A stretch of DNA of 64,000 nt. Source: an uncultured Acidimicrobiaceae bacterium (lineage in GTDB: Bacteria; Actinomycetota; Acidimicrobiia; Acidimicrobiales; RAAP-2). This document shows, piece by piece, positions 32,352-43,152 of this stretch. Position 1 is the first letter of the stretch. Each line of letters opens with the position of its first letter. Under the pieces are notes generated by a model. That model saw nothing but the letters and a program-made list of their open reading frames with translations. It did not search any database and was not told where the DNA came from. The position numbers were made by a program, and so were the translations under genes. Location of the stretch: NCBI GenBank assembly GCA_963717885.1, contig CAVQXB010000004.1:399552-463551 (forward strand). Reading direction: 5' to 3'.

Positions 32352-33302
32352 TCAGGGGACGAGGATGATCTTGCCGTGGGTGTGCCCGTCGGCCAACTGG
32401 CGCAGGGCCTCGGCCGCCTCAGTGAGCGGGTAGGTGGCCGCCACCAGGACCGACAGGGTGCCCGCCTCAACCCGCCGCACCAGCTCCAGACGGGCCGCAG
32501 CCCGGATCTCGGTGCCGGGATCGGCGCCCGGGGCCCCACCCAGGACCTTCAGCCCCAGTTCGAGCCCGCGCCGGAAGTTGGCGATGGTGGCGACCCTGTC
32601 CCTGTCGGCCACCAGGGCCACCGACACGTCGATGGCCTCGTCGGTACCCACCGTGTCGATGGCGGCATCCACTCCGCCGGGGGCCAGGGCCCTGACGCGC
32701 TCGAGCAGGCCGTCGCCGTAGGCCACCGGTTCGGCCCCCAGCCGCCGCAGGTGGGCATGGGCCGACTCACTGGCGGTCCCGATGACCCGGGCCCCGGCGG
32801 CAACGGCCAGTTGGATGGCGAAGAGCCCCACTCCACCCGCCGCACCGTGGACCACCACCGTGTCGCCGGCGCCGACCCCGACGGCGTGCAGAGCGTGCAC
32901 CGCCGTGGTCCCGGTCAACATCAGGCCGGCGGCCTCCTCGAACGAGAGCGCCGACGGCTTGGGCACCGCGACGTTCCCGTCCACCACCAGATGGGTGGCG
33001 TAGGCCCCGGTGATCCGAAAGAGGACCACCGGGTCGCCGACATGGATCGGCCCCGCCGGCCCGACCGCGCCACCCTCGCCCACCGCGGTCACCACACCGG
33101 CGGCCTCGGAGCCCACCGGCATCGGCAGCTGGGACGGATCGGCACCGAATGAGCCACTGAACACCTTGTAGTCGACCGGGTTGGTACCTACTCCCCGCAC
33201 CTCCACCGAGATCTGACCCGGACCCGGTTCCGGCACCGGTCCGTCCACCACCGCCAGGACCTCGGGACCCCCGAACGCCGTCGCCACCACTCTGGCCGCC
33301 AT
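32352..33302 (-). CDS. NADPH:quinone reductase / zinc-type alcohol dehydrogenase-like protein
   Basis: The product has MAARVVATAFGGPEVLAVVDGPVPEPGPGQISVEVRGVGTNPVDYK...VVVHGAAGGVGLFAIQLA. Confidence 0.85.
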   Translation of the reverse strand: MAARVVATAFGGPEVLAVVDGPVPEPGPGQISVEVRGVGTNPVDYKVFSGSFGADPSQLPMPVGSEAAGVVTAVGEGGAVGPAGPIHVGDPVVLFRITGAYATHLVVDGNVAVPKPSALSFEEAAGLMLTGTTAVHALHAVGVGAGDTVVVHGAAGGVGLFAIQLAVAAGARVIGTASESAHAHLRRLGAEPVAYGDGLLERVRALAPGGVDAAIDTVGTDEAIDVSVALVADRDRVATIANFRRGLELGLKVLGGAPGADPGTEIRAAARLELVRRVEAGTLSVLVAATYPLTEAAEALRQLADGHTHGKIILVP

Positions 33303-33404
33303 GTCGGGTCCAACCGAGATGGGACCGGACCTATTCCGCCGGCTCTGTGCTCCGGCACCCTGGTCCACGTACCCTCCGTCGGGTCCTCGTGCCGCTCGCC
33401 GGAC

Positions 33405-34250
33405 TCAGTCCGCCCACAGTTCCAGCACGGGACCGACGGCATCGAGTCCCTGCCGGCGACCGGCGTCGGCGGATGGAGCCCGCACCGCCGGGTCGAGCGC
33501 ATCGTCGCCGAAGGCCTGCCGCGACGCCTCGTCGGGCGAGATGACGGCCACCCGGCCCGCGGCCCTCACGGCGACCAGCTGCGCGGCGAGTTCGGGGTCG
33601 ACCATAGGGGCCAGTACCAGGACCCGGGTGCAGCCCACCACCACGTCGGCGTTCGACAGCGAGTGGACGCCCCCGTCGATGTAGCGGGACCGGCCGACGG
33701 TCACCGGTGGCCAGATGCCCGGGACGGCGCTGCTGGCCGCCACGGCGTCGACCAGGCCCACCCCCGACATCCGGTCGAACACCCGACGGTCGCCGGTGGC
33801 GGCGTCCACCGCCACCGTGGCCATCGGACGCTCCGGCCACTGGTCCGTGGGCAGTCGACCGGCCACCACGGCCCGACGGACCGGTTGGGGAACGGTGTCG
33901 GCGGCCAGGGCCATCGACCCGATCCGGCGACGGCGCTCGGCAGGGTCCGCGACCTCCTCGAGCAGTCGGACCATGGTGTCCCAGAGGTCGGCGGTGGACA
34001 TGCCGGTGGGACGCAGCTCCTCGTTCTGGAGGGCCGGGTCGACTTGGCGTTCGAAGCACTCGTCGAGCGGCACTCCGCATGCCACCTGGGCCGCCACCGT
34101 GGACCCGGCCGACGTGCCCACGATGAGATCGGCGCGGTCGACGAGCAGGCCGGCCTCGGACAGGCCGAGCAACATCCCGGTGTGCCAGGCGATTCCGGCC
34201 AGCCCTCCCCCGCCCAGGACCAGGGCCCGGTCCGTGCTCATCTCAGCCAT
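33405..34250 (-). CDS. Patatin-like phospholipase
   Basis: Motifs are LVLGGGGLAGIAW, GTSAGS (GxSxG) and YIDGGVHS (DGG). Confidence 0.8.
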   Translation of the reverse strand: MAEMSTDRALVLGGGGLAGIAWHTGMLLGLSEAGLLVDRADLIVGTSAGSTVAAQVACGVPLDECFERQVDPALQNEELRPTGMSTADLWDTMVRLLEEVADPAERRRRIGSMALAADTVPQPVRRAVVAGRLPTDQWPERPMATVAVDAATGDRRVFDRMSGVGLVDAVAASSAVPGIWPPVTVGRSRYIDGGVHSLSNADVVVGCTRVLVLAPMVDPELAAQLVAVRAAGRVAVISPDEASRQAFGDDALDPAVRAPSADAGRRQGLDAVGPVLELWAD

Positions 34251-34431
34251 CTCCCCGCACGATGCACCGCGGACACCATGGGAGCTGAACCGACCGGGCC
34301 GTCCCGGCCGGCACCCTGGCCTCAAGTCCGTCCGACGGCCGGTCGACGAGGGGGGCCACCAGGTGGCACGGGAGCCGGGCGTGCAGTTTTACGCCGGCGT
34401 GCGACACTCCCGACACGGCACCGGCCCCGGT

Positions 34432-34872
34432 TCAGGACGGATCGGTGTCGACGATCAGCAGATTGCAGGGGCTGTGGTGCGAGACCTTGTTCGGCACACT
34501 GCCCAGCAGCCGCCGGACCCCGGACATCCCCCGGTTCCCGACCACCAGCAGATCGGCGTTGACCGCTTCGGCCACCTTGATCAGCGCATCGGCCGGCTCG
34601 CCGTCGTAGGTCTCCATCTCGGCCGGCACCTCCTGGCTCGAGGCCTGGTCCAAGAATTCCGTGCGGACCCGCTGCCCGTCTTTCATGCGGTCCTCGTTGG
34701 TGATGGCCACAGCGGCGGCGTCGAGCTGGGCCGTGGCCGCGGTCATCATCGGCCGGAGTACGTGCACGCCGTGCACGCGGGCCCCGGTCAGCCGGGCCAG
34801 CTCGAGCGCCCGCCGGACGGCGATGCCCGCCCGCTCCGACCCGTCCGTACCGACGACGATCACATTGAACAC
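34432..34872 (-). CDS. Universal stress protein (UspA family)
   Basis: GTG start. The product has FNVIVVGTDGSERAGIAV...ADLLVVGNRGMSGVRRLLGSVPNKVSHHSPCNLLIV. Confidence 0.8.
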   Translation of the reverse strand: MFNVIVVGTDGSERAGIAVRRALELARLTGARVHGVHVLRPMMTAATAQLDAAAVAITNEDRMKDGQRVRTEFLDQASSQEVPAEMETYDGEPADALIKVAEAVNADLLVVGNRGMSGVRRLLGSVPNKVSHHSPCNLLIVDTDPS

Positions 34873-35083
34873 CGGGCCACCTCCACTCGTTCGCACCTCC
34901 GGCGTCGAGGCCGGGCCTCGTCGGCGTCTGGCACCGCACCACGCCGGTGCCGGCGGTGGCACGCTACCAGAGGGCCGCCCGCATCTTCCGGTCCAATGGG
35001 CCGAGGGGTGGGCATCGACCCGCGCCGGAGATCCGAGCTGTTCGGTGGCTCGTGACCCCGGCGGCCCGGGCCGTGGATAGGGT

Positions 35084-35908
35084 TTGGCCGTGGAGTCCCA
35101 ACGTGCGCGAGCGGCGAGCTTCCTCGCGTCCCACCGTGGACCGGCTCCCCTCGTGCTCCCCAACGCGTGGGACATCGGCTCGGCCCGCCTGTTCGCCGGA
35201 CTCGGCTTCGCAGCTCTCGCCACGACCAGCAGCGGCTTCGCTGCCACCCGCGGCCGGCTCGACGGCTCGATGAGCCGGGACGAGGTGCTCGATCACATCG
35301 ACGACATGGTGGCGGCCACCCCCCTCCCCGTCTCGGCCGATCTCGAGAACGGCTTCGGTGACGACCCGGACACCGTCGCCGGGACGGTGCGAATGGCGTT
35401 GGACCGCGGACTGGCCGGCTGCTCCATCGAGGACTCCACCGGTCGGGCGGACAGGCCGCTCTACGACGTCGGTCCGGCCGCCGAACGGGTGACGGCCGCC
35501 GCGGAGGTGGCCCATGGCGGCCCGGTCCACCTGGTGCTCACCGGTCGGGCCGAGAACCATCTCCACGGGGTGACCGACCTGGGGGACACCATCGACCGGC
35601 TCCAGGCCTACCAGGAAGCTGGCGCCGACGTCCTCTTCGCGCCGGGACTGGCCGACCTCAGGGACATCTCACGGCTGGTCTCGTCGGTGGACCGTCCGGT
35701 CAATGTGCTGGCCCGGCCGGGAGGGCCTACGGTCGGCGAGCTGGCCGGCGTAGGGGTGGCCCGGGTGTCGGTCGGTGGCGCCCTCTGCTTCGCCGCACTC
35801 GGCGCGGTGGCCCGGGCCGCCTCCGAGCTCCTCGAGGACGGGACCTTCGGGTTCTGGGATCTGACCGCGGGAGGCCGCGAGGCGACACGGGTCGCCTTCG
35901 CCGAGTGA
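35084..35908 (+). CDS. Isocitrate lyase/PEP mutase family protein
   Basis: Intact ORF with LVLPNAWDIGSARLFAGLGFAALATTSSG...PVSADLENGFGD...GCSIED. Confidence 0.8.
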   Translation: MAVESQRARAASFLASHRGPAPLVLPNAWDIGSARLFAGLGFAALATTSSGFAATRGRLDGSMSRDEVLDHIDDMVAATPLPVSADLENGFGDDPDTVAGTVRMALDRGLAGCSIEDSTGRADRPLYDVGPAAERVTAAAEVAHGGPVHLVLTGRAENHLHGVTDLGDTIDRLQAYQEAGADVLFAPGLADLRDISRLVSSVDRPVNVLARPGGPTVGELAGVGVARVSVGGALCFAALGAVARAASELLEDGTFGFWDLTAGGREATRVAFAE

Positions 35909-35966
35909 CCCCCGACGCGCCGCCACCGCACGCCGTCGGGCGCCGGGCTGTCGGCGAGGTTCCCGG

Positions 35967-37574
35967 GTGATCAGCATCGCCGACGGGATCGGCCTGCTCA
36001 TCGGCATCGTGGTCATCGCCACCATCGCCGACCGCCTGCGGATCGCCTACCCCATCCTCCTGGTGATCGCCGGGATCGGTGTGGCCTTGATCCCCACCCA
36101 GCACCGGGTCGAGCTCCAGCCCGAGCTGGTCCTGTTGGTCTTCCTGCCTCCGCTCATCTACGACGCCTCCCTCGACACCTCGGCCCGTGAGCTCCGGGCC
36201 CAGATCCGTCCGATCCTCTTCCTGGCCGTGGGGCTGGTGGTGGTCACCATGACCGTCGTCGCCGTGGTCATCCACTCGATCGTCGGGGACATGAGCTGGG
36301 CCGTGGCCTTCGCCCTCGGCGCCATCGTCTCGCCCCCCGACTCCGTGGCCGCCACCCAGATCGCCGGCAAGCTGGGCCTGCCCCGACGTCTGGTCACCAT
36401 CCTGGGCGGCGAGGGGATGATGAACGACGCCACGGCGCTGACCGCCTATCAGGTGGCGGTGGCCGCGGTGGGCTCGGCGTTCACCGTGGCCGACGTGGCG
36501 TGGAAGTTCTCCTTCGCCGTGGTGGTCGGGGTGGGCATCGGTCTGGCCGTGGGATGGCTCGGGGCCAGGGTCCTCCGCTTCACCGAGACCCCGGTGATCG
36601 AGAACACCGTGTTGCTGATCCTCCCCTTCGCCGCCTACCTCCCCGCCGACAAGCTGGGGGCGTCCGGGGTCCTGGCCGTGGTGGCGGCCGGCCTGTACTT
36701 CGGCCGCTTCGGCTCGGCCTCGTTGACCGCCGGTGCCCGGCTGCAGCAGCGGGAGATCTGGGACCTGATCGTCTTCGTGCTGACCGGCATGTCGTTCCTC
36801 CTGGTCGGCCTGGAGCTCCGGCCCATTCTCGACAGCCTGACCAACCGGGAGTCCGGCTCGCTGGTGCTGGAGGCACTGGCCGTCGTGGGGGTGGTGATCG
36901 TGGTGCGCATCGTCTGGATCTTCGGGGCCACGGCGTTGCCCGGCACGCCGCGCCTGCTCGGCTCCGGCCGACGCCCGTCCCACCCGTGGCGCGAGTCCAC
37001 GGTGATCGGCTGGGCGGGGATGCGCGGCGCGGTGAGCCTGGCGGCATCGCTGGCTCTGCCCCAGTCGTTCCCACACCGGGACCTGCTGGTCTTCCTGACC
37101 TTCGCCGTCATCGTGGCCACCCTGGTGGGCCAGGGCCTCACCCTGCCCCCGCTCATCCGCCGGCTGGGTCTGGTGACACGGGACGAGCAGGAAGCGGTCC
37201 TGGTGGCCGAGGCACGACGCCGGCTGACGGTGATCGCCCTGTCCCGCCTCGAGGACCTCACCCGGGGCGAGCGGTTCCCCGACGAGGTGGTGAACCGGAT
37301 CCGCGTCGGGTACGAGTCCCAGCTGGCCCGCATCGACCGTCGGCTCGTGGCGCTGGGATCCGGAGGAGGGGACGGCGGGGACGGGCCCGAGCGGCGGGAC
37401 GGGTCCACCGGCACGGGCAACCACCTGTACGCCGAGCGGGAGCTGCGCAAACTGGTGATCGCCACCGAACGGACCGAGCTCGACCAACTGGTGGCCCGTC
37501 GGAAGGTCAGTGAACGGGTGGCGGACGGGGTGCGGGCCGCGCTGGACATCGACGAGACCACCATGCGGCCCTGA
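35967..37574 (+). CDS. Na+/H+ antiporter (CPA1/NhaP type)
   Basis: Intact 535-aa polytopic ORF with LVFLPPLIYDASL, VSPPDSVAATQI and MMNDATALTAY. It has a cytoplasmic C-terminal domain. Confidence 0.85.
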   Translation: MISIADGIGLLIGIVVIATIADRLRIAYPILLVIAGIGVALIPTQHRVELQPELVLLVFLPPLIYDASLDTSARELRAQIRPILFLAVGLVVVTMTVVAVVIHSIVGDMSWAVAFALGAIVSPPDSVAATQIAGKLGLPRRLVTILGGEGMMNDATALTAYQVAVAAVGSAFTVADVAWKFSFAVVVGVGIGLAVGWLGARVLRFTETPVIENTVLLILPFAAYLPADKLGASGVLAVVAAGLYFGRFGSASLTAGARLQQREIWDLIVFVLTGMSFLLVGLELRPILDSLTNRESGSLVLEALAVVGVVIVVRIVWIFGATALPGTPRLLGSGRRPSHPWRESTVIGWAGMRGAVSLAASLALPQSFPHRDLLVFLTFAVIVATLVGQGLTLPPLIRRLGLVTRDEQEAVLVAEARRRLTVIALSRLEDLTRGERFPDEVVNRIRVGYESQLARIDRRLVALGSGGGDGGDGPERRDGSTGTGNHLYAERELRKLVIATERTELDQLVARRKVSERVADGVRAALDIDETTMRP

Positions 37575-37641
37575 GCCCCGTGCCCCGCGGTACCGGGCGG
37601 TCGTGGCGGTGTCGGCGCGGGGCGAGGAGGGTCGGGACGTG

Positions 37642-37673
37642 CTGCAGGGCGCCTCCGAGGAGACGCCCTGCAG
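37642..37673 (+). terminator. Stem-loop (10-bp perfect stem CTGCAGGGCG / CGCCCTGCAG, 12-nt loop) downstream of the antiporter gene
   Basis: Read directly. There is no T-tract, so terminator function is only inferred from its position 68 nt after the stop. Confidence 0.3.
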
Positions 37674-38026
37674 GTAGATGCTGCGTGGTTCACCGAGGTT
37701 CCCGTGAGGCGCCGGATGGGACCTGGGTCCGGCTAGGTCGCCCGGTGGGTGTCTGGCTGGGATTCGCCAGGTGGTACAGCGAGCCGCCTCAGCGGCCAGC
37801 CACCTCCAGGGTCCCGAAACGTTGACTGCTCAGTTGGACCACCTCCTCTCTCTGGTGAGCACATGGTAGCGCCAGCCACGGCGGAGTCGGCCGCATTTGG
37901 GCGTGAATTTCGTGTTGCCGGGCGGGCGGCGGCCCGGTCCCCGGTGGCCGGGTGGGGCCTCCCACCGAACCGGTCATCGGACCCGGCCGGGACGGACTGG
38001 TCAGACCGACCCCGGGGTGGGTACTA

Positions 38027-38042
38027 TCGAACATATGTTCGT
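38027..38042. promoter_or_regulatory. LexA (SOS) box TCGAACATATGTTCGT
   Basis: It matches the actinobacterial consensus TCGAAC-N4-GTTCGA in 15/16 positions. It overlaps the imuA' ATG (38035). TACTAT at 38022-38027 could serve as a -10 element. Confidence 0.75.
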
Positions 38043-38813
38043 AGCACCTCCGCACCGACCGGACGCGGATACCCAGGGTCCGGAAGGGCCACTCCCGGGC
38101 CGGAGGCTCGACCGCCACCGGGACCTGGCGTCCCTGGCCCTGCTGGCCGAGCGCGCCCGACCCGTCTCGTCGAGCCAGGCCCGCGTCCTCCCGGTGGCCC
38201 CACCCCTCGATGCCCTGCTTCCCGACGCCAGCCTGCGCCGGGGGACCACCATCGTGGTCAACGGGCCGGGCCGGGGCCCCGACGCGGAGCAGACGGCCGA
38301 CGGCAGTGTCAGCGTGGCGCTGGCACTCGTGTCGGCAGCATCGGGGGCGGGGTCGTGGTGCGCCCTGGTCGGGCTGGACGGCCTGGGCGCGGTCGCCGCG
38401 CACGCGAGCTGGGCATCGACCTGGCCCGACTGGCCGTGATCCCCCGTCCCGGCGCGGCCTGGGCCGAGGTCGCCGCGGCGGCGATCGACGGGATCGACCT
38501 GGTGGTGCTCTTCCCCCCGTTCCCCCCTCGTCCGGCCATGGCGCGCCGGCTGGTCGCCCGGGCCAGGGAGCGACGGTCCGTCCTGGTGGTGGTGCCGGGG
38601 CGGGGCGGGTGGCCCGACCCCCCGGACCTGTGCCTGAGCGTCGGCGAGGTGGGCTGGGACGGGGCCGGAACCGGGGAGGGATTCCTGTCCCGGCGGCGGA
38701 TGACGGTGACCGCCACCGGACGCCGGTCGGCGGCGCGCCCTCGCCGCCGACGACTGTGGCTCCCGTCCACCACGGGGGCGATGGCCGATGACGGCACCGG
38801 GGGACCGCCATGA
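38035..38813 (+). CDS. imuA': ImuA'-like (RecA-fold) mutasome accessory protein (frame change near 38400)
   Basis: The product has LDALLPDASLRRGTTIVVNG...SVALALVSAASGAGSWCALVGLDGLG, then ELGIDLARLAVIPRPG...IDLVVL...RERRSVLVVV. It is the first gene of the cassette, and its stop overlaps the imuB start (ATGA). Confidence 0.7.
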
Positions 38814-39900
38814 ACCGTCTGGTGGTGGTGCGCTGCCCCGGCCTCCTCGACGAGGACGAGGGGGGGAAGCCATCCGGTCGTTCGCCCGGGTGGTCGAGTC
38901 CGTGGAGGCCTACTGCCCCTGGGTCACCGTCGTGCACCCCGGGATCTGCTCGCTCCCGGCCCGTGGGCCGGCCCGCTACTTCGGTGGGGAGGGCCCGGTT
39001 GGTCCAGCTGGTCGCCGAGGCCGCCTCGGCCGTCACCGCCGTCGAGGTGGGCGTGGCCGACGGGCTGTTCGCCGCGGTGCTCGCCGCCCGGGACGGCACC
39101 ATCGTCCCGGCCGGGGGGACCGCCGACTTCCTGGCTCCCTTCCCGGTGAGCGTCCTCGGCCAGCCCGAGCTGGCCGAACTGCTGCACCGGTTGGGCGTCC
39201 GCACCCTCGGCGATTTCGCCGCCCTGCCCGAGGCCCATGTGCTGGGCCGGTTCGGGTCGGACGGGGCCGCCGGCCATCGCGTGGCACAGGGGCGGAGCGG
39301 GGAGCTCGGCGACCTGGCGCCGGCCGGCGGCCGGACGGCGGCGGGCCACGGGACGGGCCACGGCCGCCGGTCAGGCCGGCTCGAGGCCGGTCAAGCCGGC
39401 TTCTGGGGCGGCGTGAGCGATACCGATGCCCGGGCCGGCCGGGCCCTGGCCGCCGTGCAGGACCTGCTGGGCCCGGACGGGGTGGTGACCGCCCACCTCC
39501 AGGGGGGGCGTGGGCCGGCCCAGCGGGCCCGCTTCGTGACCTGGAGCGGCCGGGAGACCCGCCCGGACCCGTCGCCAGGCGGGCCGTGGCCCGGTCAGAT
39601 CCCCCCGCCGGCACCGGCGGTCGTGCACCCGCCCCCCTCCGGGCCGAGCTGGTCGATGCCGGCGGGGCGCCGGTCGCGGTGTCGGCCCGGGGGCTCCTCA
39701 CCGGGTCCCCGTGCCGACTGTCGGTGGAGGAGGGCCCCTGCTCGGCGGTGACCGCGTGGGCCGGGCCGTGGCCATCGGACGAACGGTGGTGGTCGAGGTC
39801 CCGACGGAGGAGCGCCCGCCTGCAGGCGGTCACCGGGCCGGCCGCCCACCTGCTGCTGGTCGAACGGGGGCGGTGGTGGGTCGAAGCCACCTACGGGTAG
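38810..39900 (+). CDS. imuB: ImuB (Y-family polymerase-like, catalytically inactive type); at least 2 frame changes
   Basis: The product has MNRLVVVRCPGLLDEDE, VEVGVADGLFAAVLAAR, FLAPFPVSVLGQPELAELLHRLGVRTLGDFAALP and the C-terminus AWAGPWPSDERWW...LLLVERGRWWVEATYG. Confidence 0.75.
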
Positions 39901-39920
39901 CCGGAGCCGTCCCGATCGAC

Positions 39921-42900
39921 ATGGCCTACGCCGAACTGCACGCCCACTCCAACTTCTCCTTCCTCGACGGTGCCAGCCATCCCGAGGAGCTGGCCGCCGA
40001 GGCGGTCCGGCTGGGCCTGTCCGGGCTGGCCCTGACCGACCACAACGGCCTCTACGGCGTGGTCCGCTTCGCCGAGGCGGCCCGGGCCTTCGGGCTCCCC
40101 ACCGTCTTCGGGGCCGAGCTCACCATCACCGGCTGCAGGCCCGGCCGGGGCCCGCACCGGGGTGGCCGACCCCGACGGCACCCACCTGGTCGTGCTGGCC
40201 CGGGACCCCGAGGGGTACGCCTCGACTCAGCCGGGTGCATGGCCGAGGCCCATCTGGCCGGAGGCGAGAAGGGCAAGCCCATCATCACCCTCGACGCGCT
40301 GTCCGACCGGCACGGCGGGCACTGGCAGATACTCACCGGGTGTCGCAAGGGGGCGCTGGCCACCGCTCTGACCGCGGAGGGGCCGGCCGCGGCGGCGCCA
40401 CGCCCTCGATCATCTGGTCGAGCGGTTCGGCCGCGACCACCTGGCCGTCGAGCTCTGGGATCACGGCAGTCCGATCGACGCCTCCCGCAACGACGCCCTG
40501 GCCCTGTCGGCCATCGAGCGGGGCGTGGCCCCGGTGGCCACCAACAACGTGCACTACGCCACCCCGGTCCCGCTTCCCCCTGAGCACGGCCCTGGCCGCG
40601 GTACGGGCCCGGCGCACCCTGGCCGACCTCGAGGGGTGGCTCCCCCCGTCGGCCACCGCCTGCCTGCGGGGGGAGGCCGAGCAACGCCGACGGTTCGCCC
40701 GGTGGCCCGGAGTGGTCGACCAGGCCGGCGAGCTGGCCGCGGCCTGCTCCTTCGACCTGCGCCTGGTGGCCCCCCGGCTCCCCGACTTTCCGGTCCCGAC
40801 CGGACACACCGAGCAGACCTGGCTGGTCGAGCTGGTCCGCCGCGGGGCCACCGACCGGTACGGGCCGCGGGAGGACGAGCGGGTGCCGGGGGCCTGGGCC
40901 CAGCTCGACCGGGAACTGGCCGTCATCGGGGAGCTCGGGTTCCCCGGCTACTTCCTCACCGTCTGGGACATCGTGGCGTTCTGCCGGCGGGAGGACATCT
41001 TCTGCCAGGGTCGGGGGTCGGCGGCCACCTCAGCGGTCTGCTACGCCCTCGGCATCACCAACGTCGACGCGGTCTCCCTCGGGCTGCTGTTCGAGCGATT
41101 CCTCTCCCCGGCCCGCGACGGTCCCCCGGACATCGACGTCGACATCGAGTCCGGCCGGCGCGAAGAGGTCATCCAGTACGTCTACGAGCGGTACGGCCGT
41201 CTCCACGCCGCCCAGGTGGCCAACGTCATCACCTACCGTTCCCGGTCGGCCCTCCGCGATGTGGGCAAGGCCCTCGGGCACGGGACCGATGAGGTGGACG
41301 CCTGGTCGAAGTCGGTCGACCGGGGCGAGCCGTTCGCCGACCGGGACGACCTCCCTCCGCTGGTGAAGGAGTTGGCCACCGAGCTGCTCGACTTCCCCCG
41401 CCACCTCGGCATCCACTCCGGCGGGATGGTCATCTGCGACCGGCCGGTGGTCGAGGTCTGCCCGGTCGAGTGGGGCCGGATGCCGGGTCGTAGCGTGCTG
41501 CAGTGGGACAAGGACGACTGTGCCGCCGCCGGCCTGGTCAAGTTCGACCTGCTCGGTCTGGGCATGCTGACCGCGCTGCACCACATGGTGGACCTGGTGC
41601 GGGAGTTCCACCACGTGGAGGTCGATCTGGCCCGTCTCGAGCAGGACCCGGCGGTCTACGACCTGTTGTGCCGGGCCGACACCGTCGGGGTGTTCCAGGT
41701 GGAGTCGCGGGCCCAGATGAACACCCTCCCCCGTGTCCAGCCGCGGTGCTTCTACGACCTGGCCATCGAGGTGGCCCTGATCCGCCCCGGGCCGATCCAG
41801 GGGAACGCCGTCCACCCCTACATCCGGAGGCGCAACGGGAGCGAGACCATCACCTACCTCCACCCGTTGCTGCAGCCGGCCCTCGAGCGCACGCTCGGGG
41901 TGCCCCTGTTCCAGGAGCAGCTGATGCAGATCGCCATCGACGTGGCCGGCTTCACCCCCACCGAGGCCGACGAGCTACGCCAGGCCATGAGCGCCAAGCG
42001 GTCCGGCGAGCGGATGGCCCGCCTGCGCGACCGGCTGTTCTCCGGCATGGCCGCCCGCCAGGTCTCCGCCGAGGTGGCCGAGCAGGTGTACACGGCCCTG
42101 GCCGCCTTCGCCAACTTCGGGTTCCCCGAGAGCCACTCGGTGGCCTTCGCCCACCTGGTGTACTCCACCGCCTGGTGCAAGGTGCACTACCCCGCAGCGT
42201 TCACCGCCGGCCTCCTCAACGCCCAGCCCATGGGGTTCTGGTCCCCCCAGAGCCTGGTGGCCGACGCCAAGCGCCACGGGGTGGTGGTCCGCCGGCCCGA
42301 CGTGAACGCCGGAGGGGCCGACGCCGGCCTCGAGGAGGTGGGGGTGGGGCTCCCGGGGGGCAGGAGCGACGGCAGCGGTGACCCGACCGGGCCGGCGATC
42401 CGGCTGGGACTGTCGTCGGTGCGGGGTATCGGCACCGAGACGGCGACGCGGATCGCCGAGGGGCGACCTTGGTCGAGCATGGAGGAACTGGTGCGTCGGG
42501 CCGGTGTCACCCGCACCCAACTGGAGGCCTTGGCCACCGCCGGCGCCCTCGACGGCATCGGGAGCGACGGCCGGCGCCCTGTCGGCGGTCCCTGGTGTGG
42601 GGCGCCGGGGCGGCCTCCCAGGCCACCGCGGACCGGCTCCCCGGGGTGGTCACGGGCTCGGATCCCCCGCCTCTCCCCCGCCCCACCTCGTGGGAAGGCG
42701 TGGCCGACGACCTGTGGTCGCTCGGGATGGCGCCCGACACCACGGCCATGGAGCTGGCCCGCGAGGGATTGGATCGACGGGGTGTGCTGACCGCGGCGTC
42801 GCTCTCCTCGAGGCCCGCCGGCGACCGGATCACCGTCGGAGGCGTGGTGACCCACCGTCAGCAGCCGGAGAGCGCGCACGGTGCCGTCTTCTTGAACCTC

Positions 42901-43095
42901 GAGGACGAGACGGGGATGGTCAACATCGTCTGCTCCCGAGGGGCCTGGGTCCGGTGGAGGCCGGTGGCCCGGTCGTGCCCGGCGCTGCTGGTGCGCGGCC
43001 GGGTCGAGCGTTCAGAGGGGTCGATGACCTTGGTGGCCGAGCGGTTCGACCCGCTCGAACTGGGCCCGGTCCCCTCCTCGAGAGATTTCCGTTGA
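39921..43095 (+). CDS. dnaE2: Error-prone DNA polymerase III alpha subunit DnaE2 (at least 4 frame changes)
   Basis: The PHP N-terminus is MAYAELHAHSNFSFLDGASHPEELAAEA. The long 40235..42790 piece has GFPGYFLTVWDIVAFCR...IDVDIESGRREEVIQYVYERYG...HLGIHSGGMVI...GLVKFDLLGLGMLT. The C-terminal OB region lies in 42469..43095. Confidence 0.9.
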
Positions 43096-43113
43096 GCCGG
43101 GGAGAGATTTCCG
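43080..43113 (+). repeat. Direct repeat GAGAGATTTCCG x2, 22 bp start-to-start
   Basis: Read directly at 43080-43091 and 43102-43113. The first copy overlaps the dnaE2 stop codon. The second ends 11 nt before a TTGACT hexamer. Confidence 0.6.
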
Positions 43114-43124
43114 CTCGAATCGTC

Positions 43125-43152
43125 TTGACTACTCTCTGTGTTGTGGTAAACA
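43125..43152 (+). promoter_or_regulatory. Candidate sigma-70-type promoter (TTGACT - 16 nt - TAAACA, with TGG just upstream of the -10)
   Basis: This is a hexamer match by eye only. It lies in the only clearly A/T-richer intergenic tract of the core region. Confidence 0.3.

Noticed and set aside
37575-38026. The 450-bp gap between the antiporter and imuA', which has a strong minus-strand SD-like GAGAGGAGGTG (about 37845), as a hidden small gene or sRNA.
   Set aside because: The ORFs following that SD are 17 codons (GTG) or 43 codons (upstream ATG), with no recognisable features. Apart from the stem-loop at 37642-37673, nothing could be supported from sequence alone.
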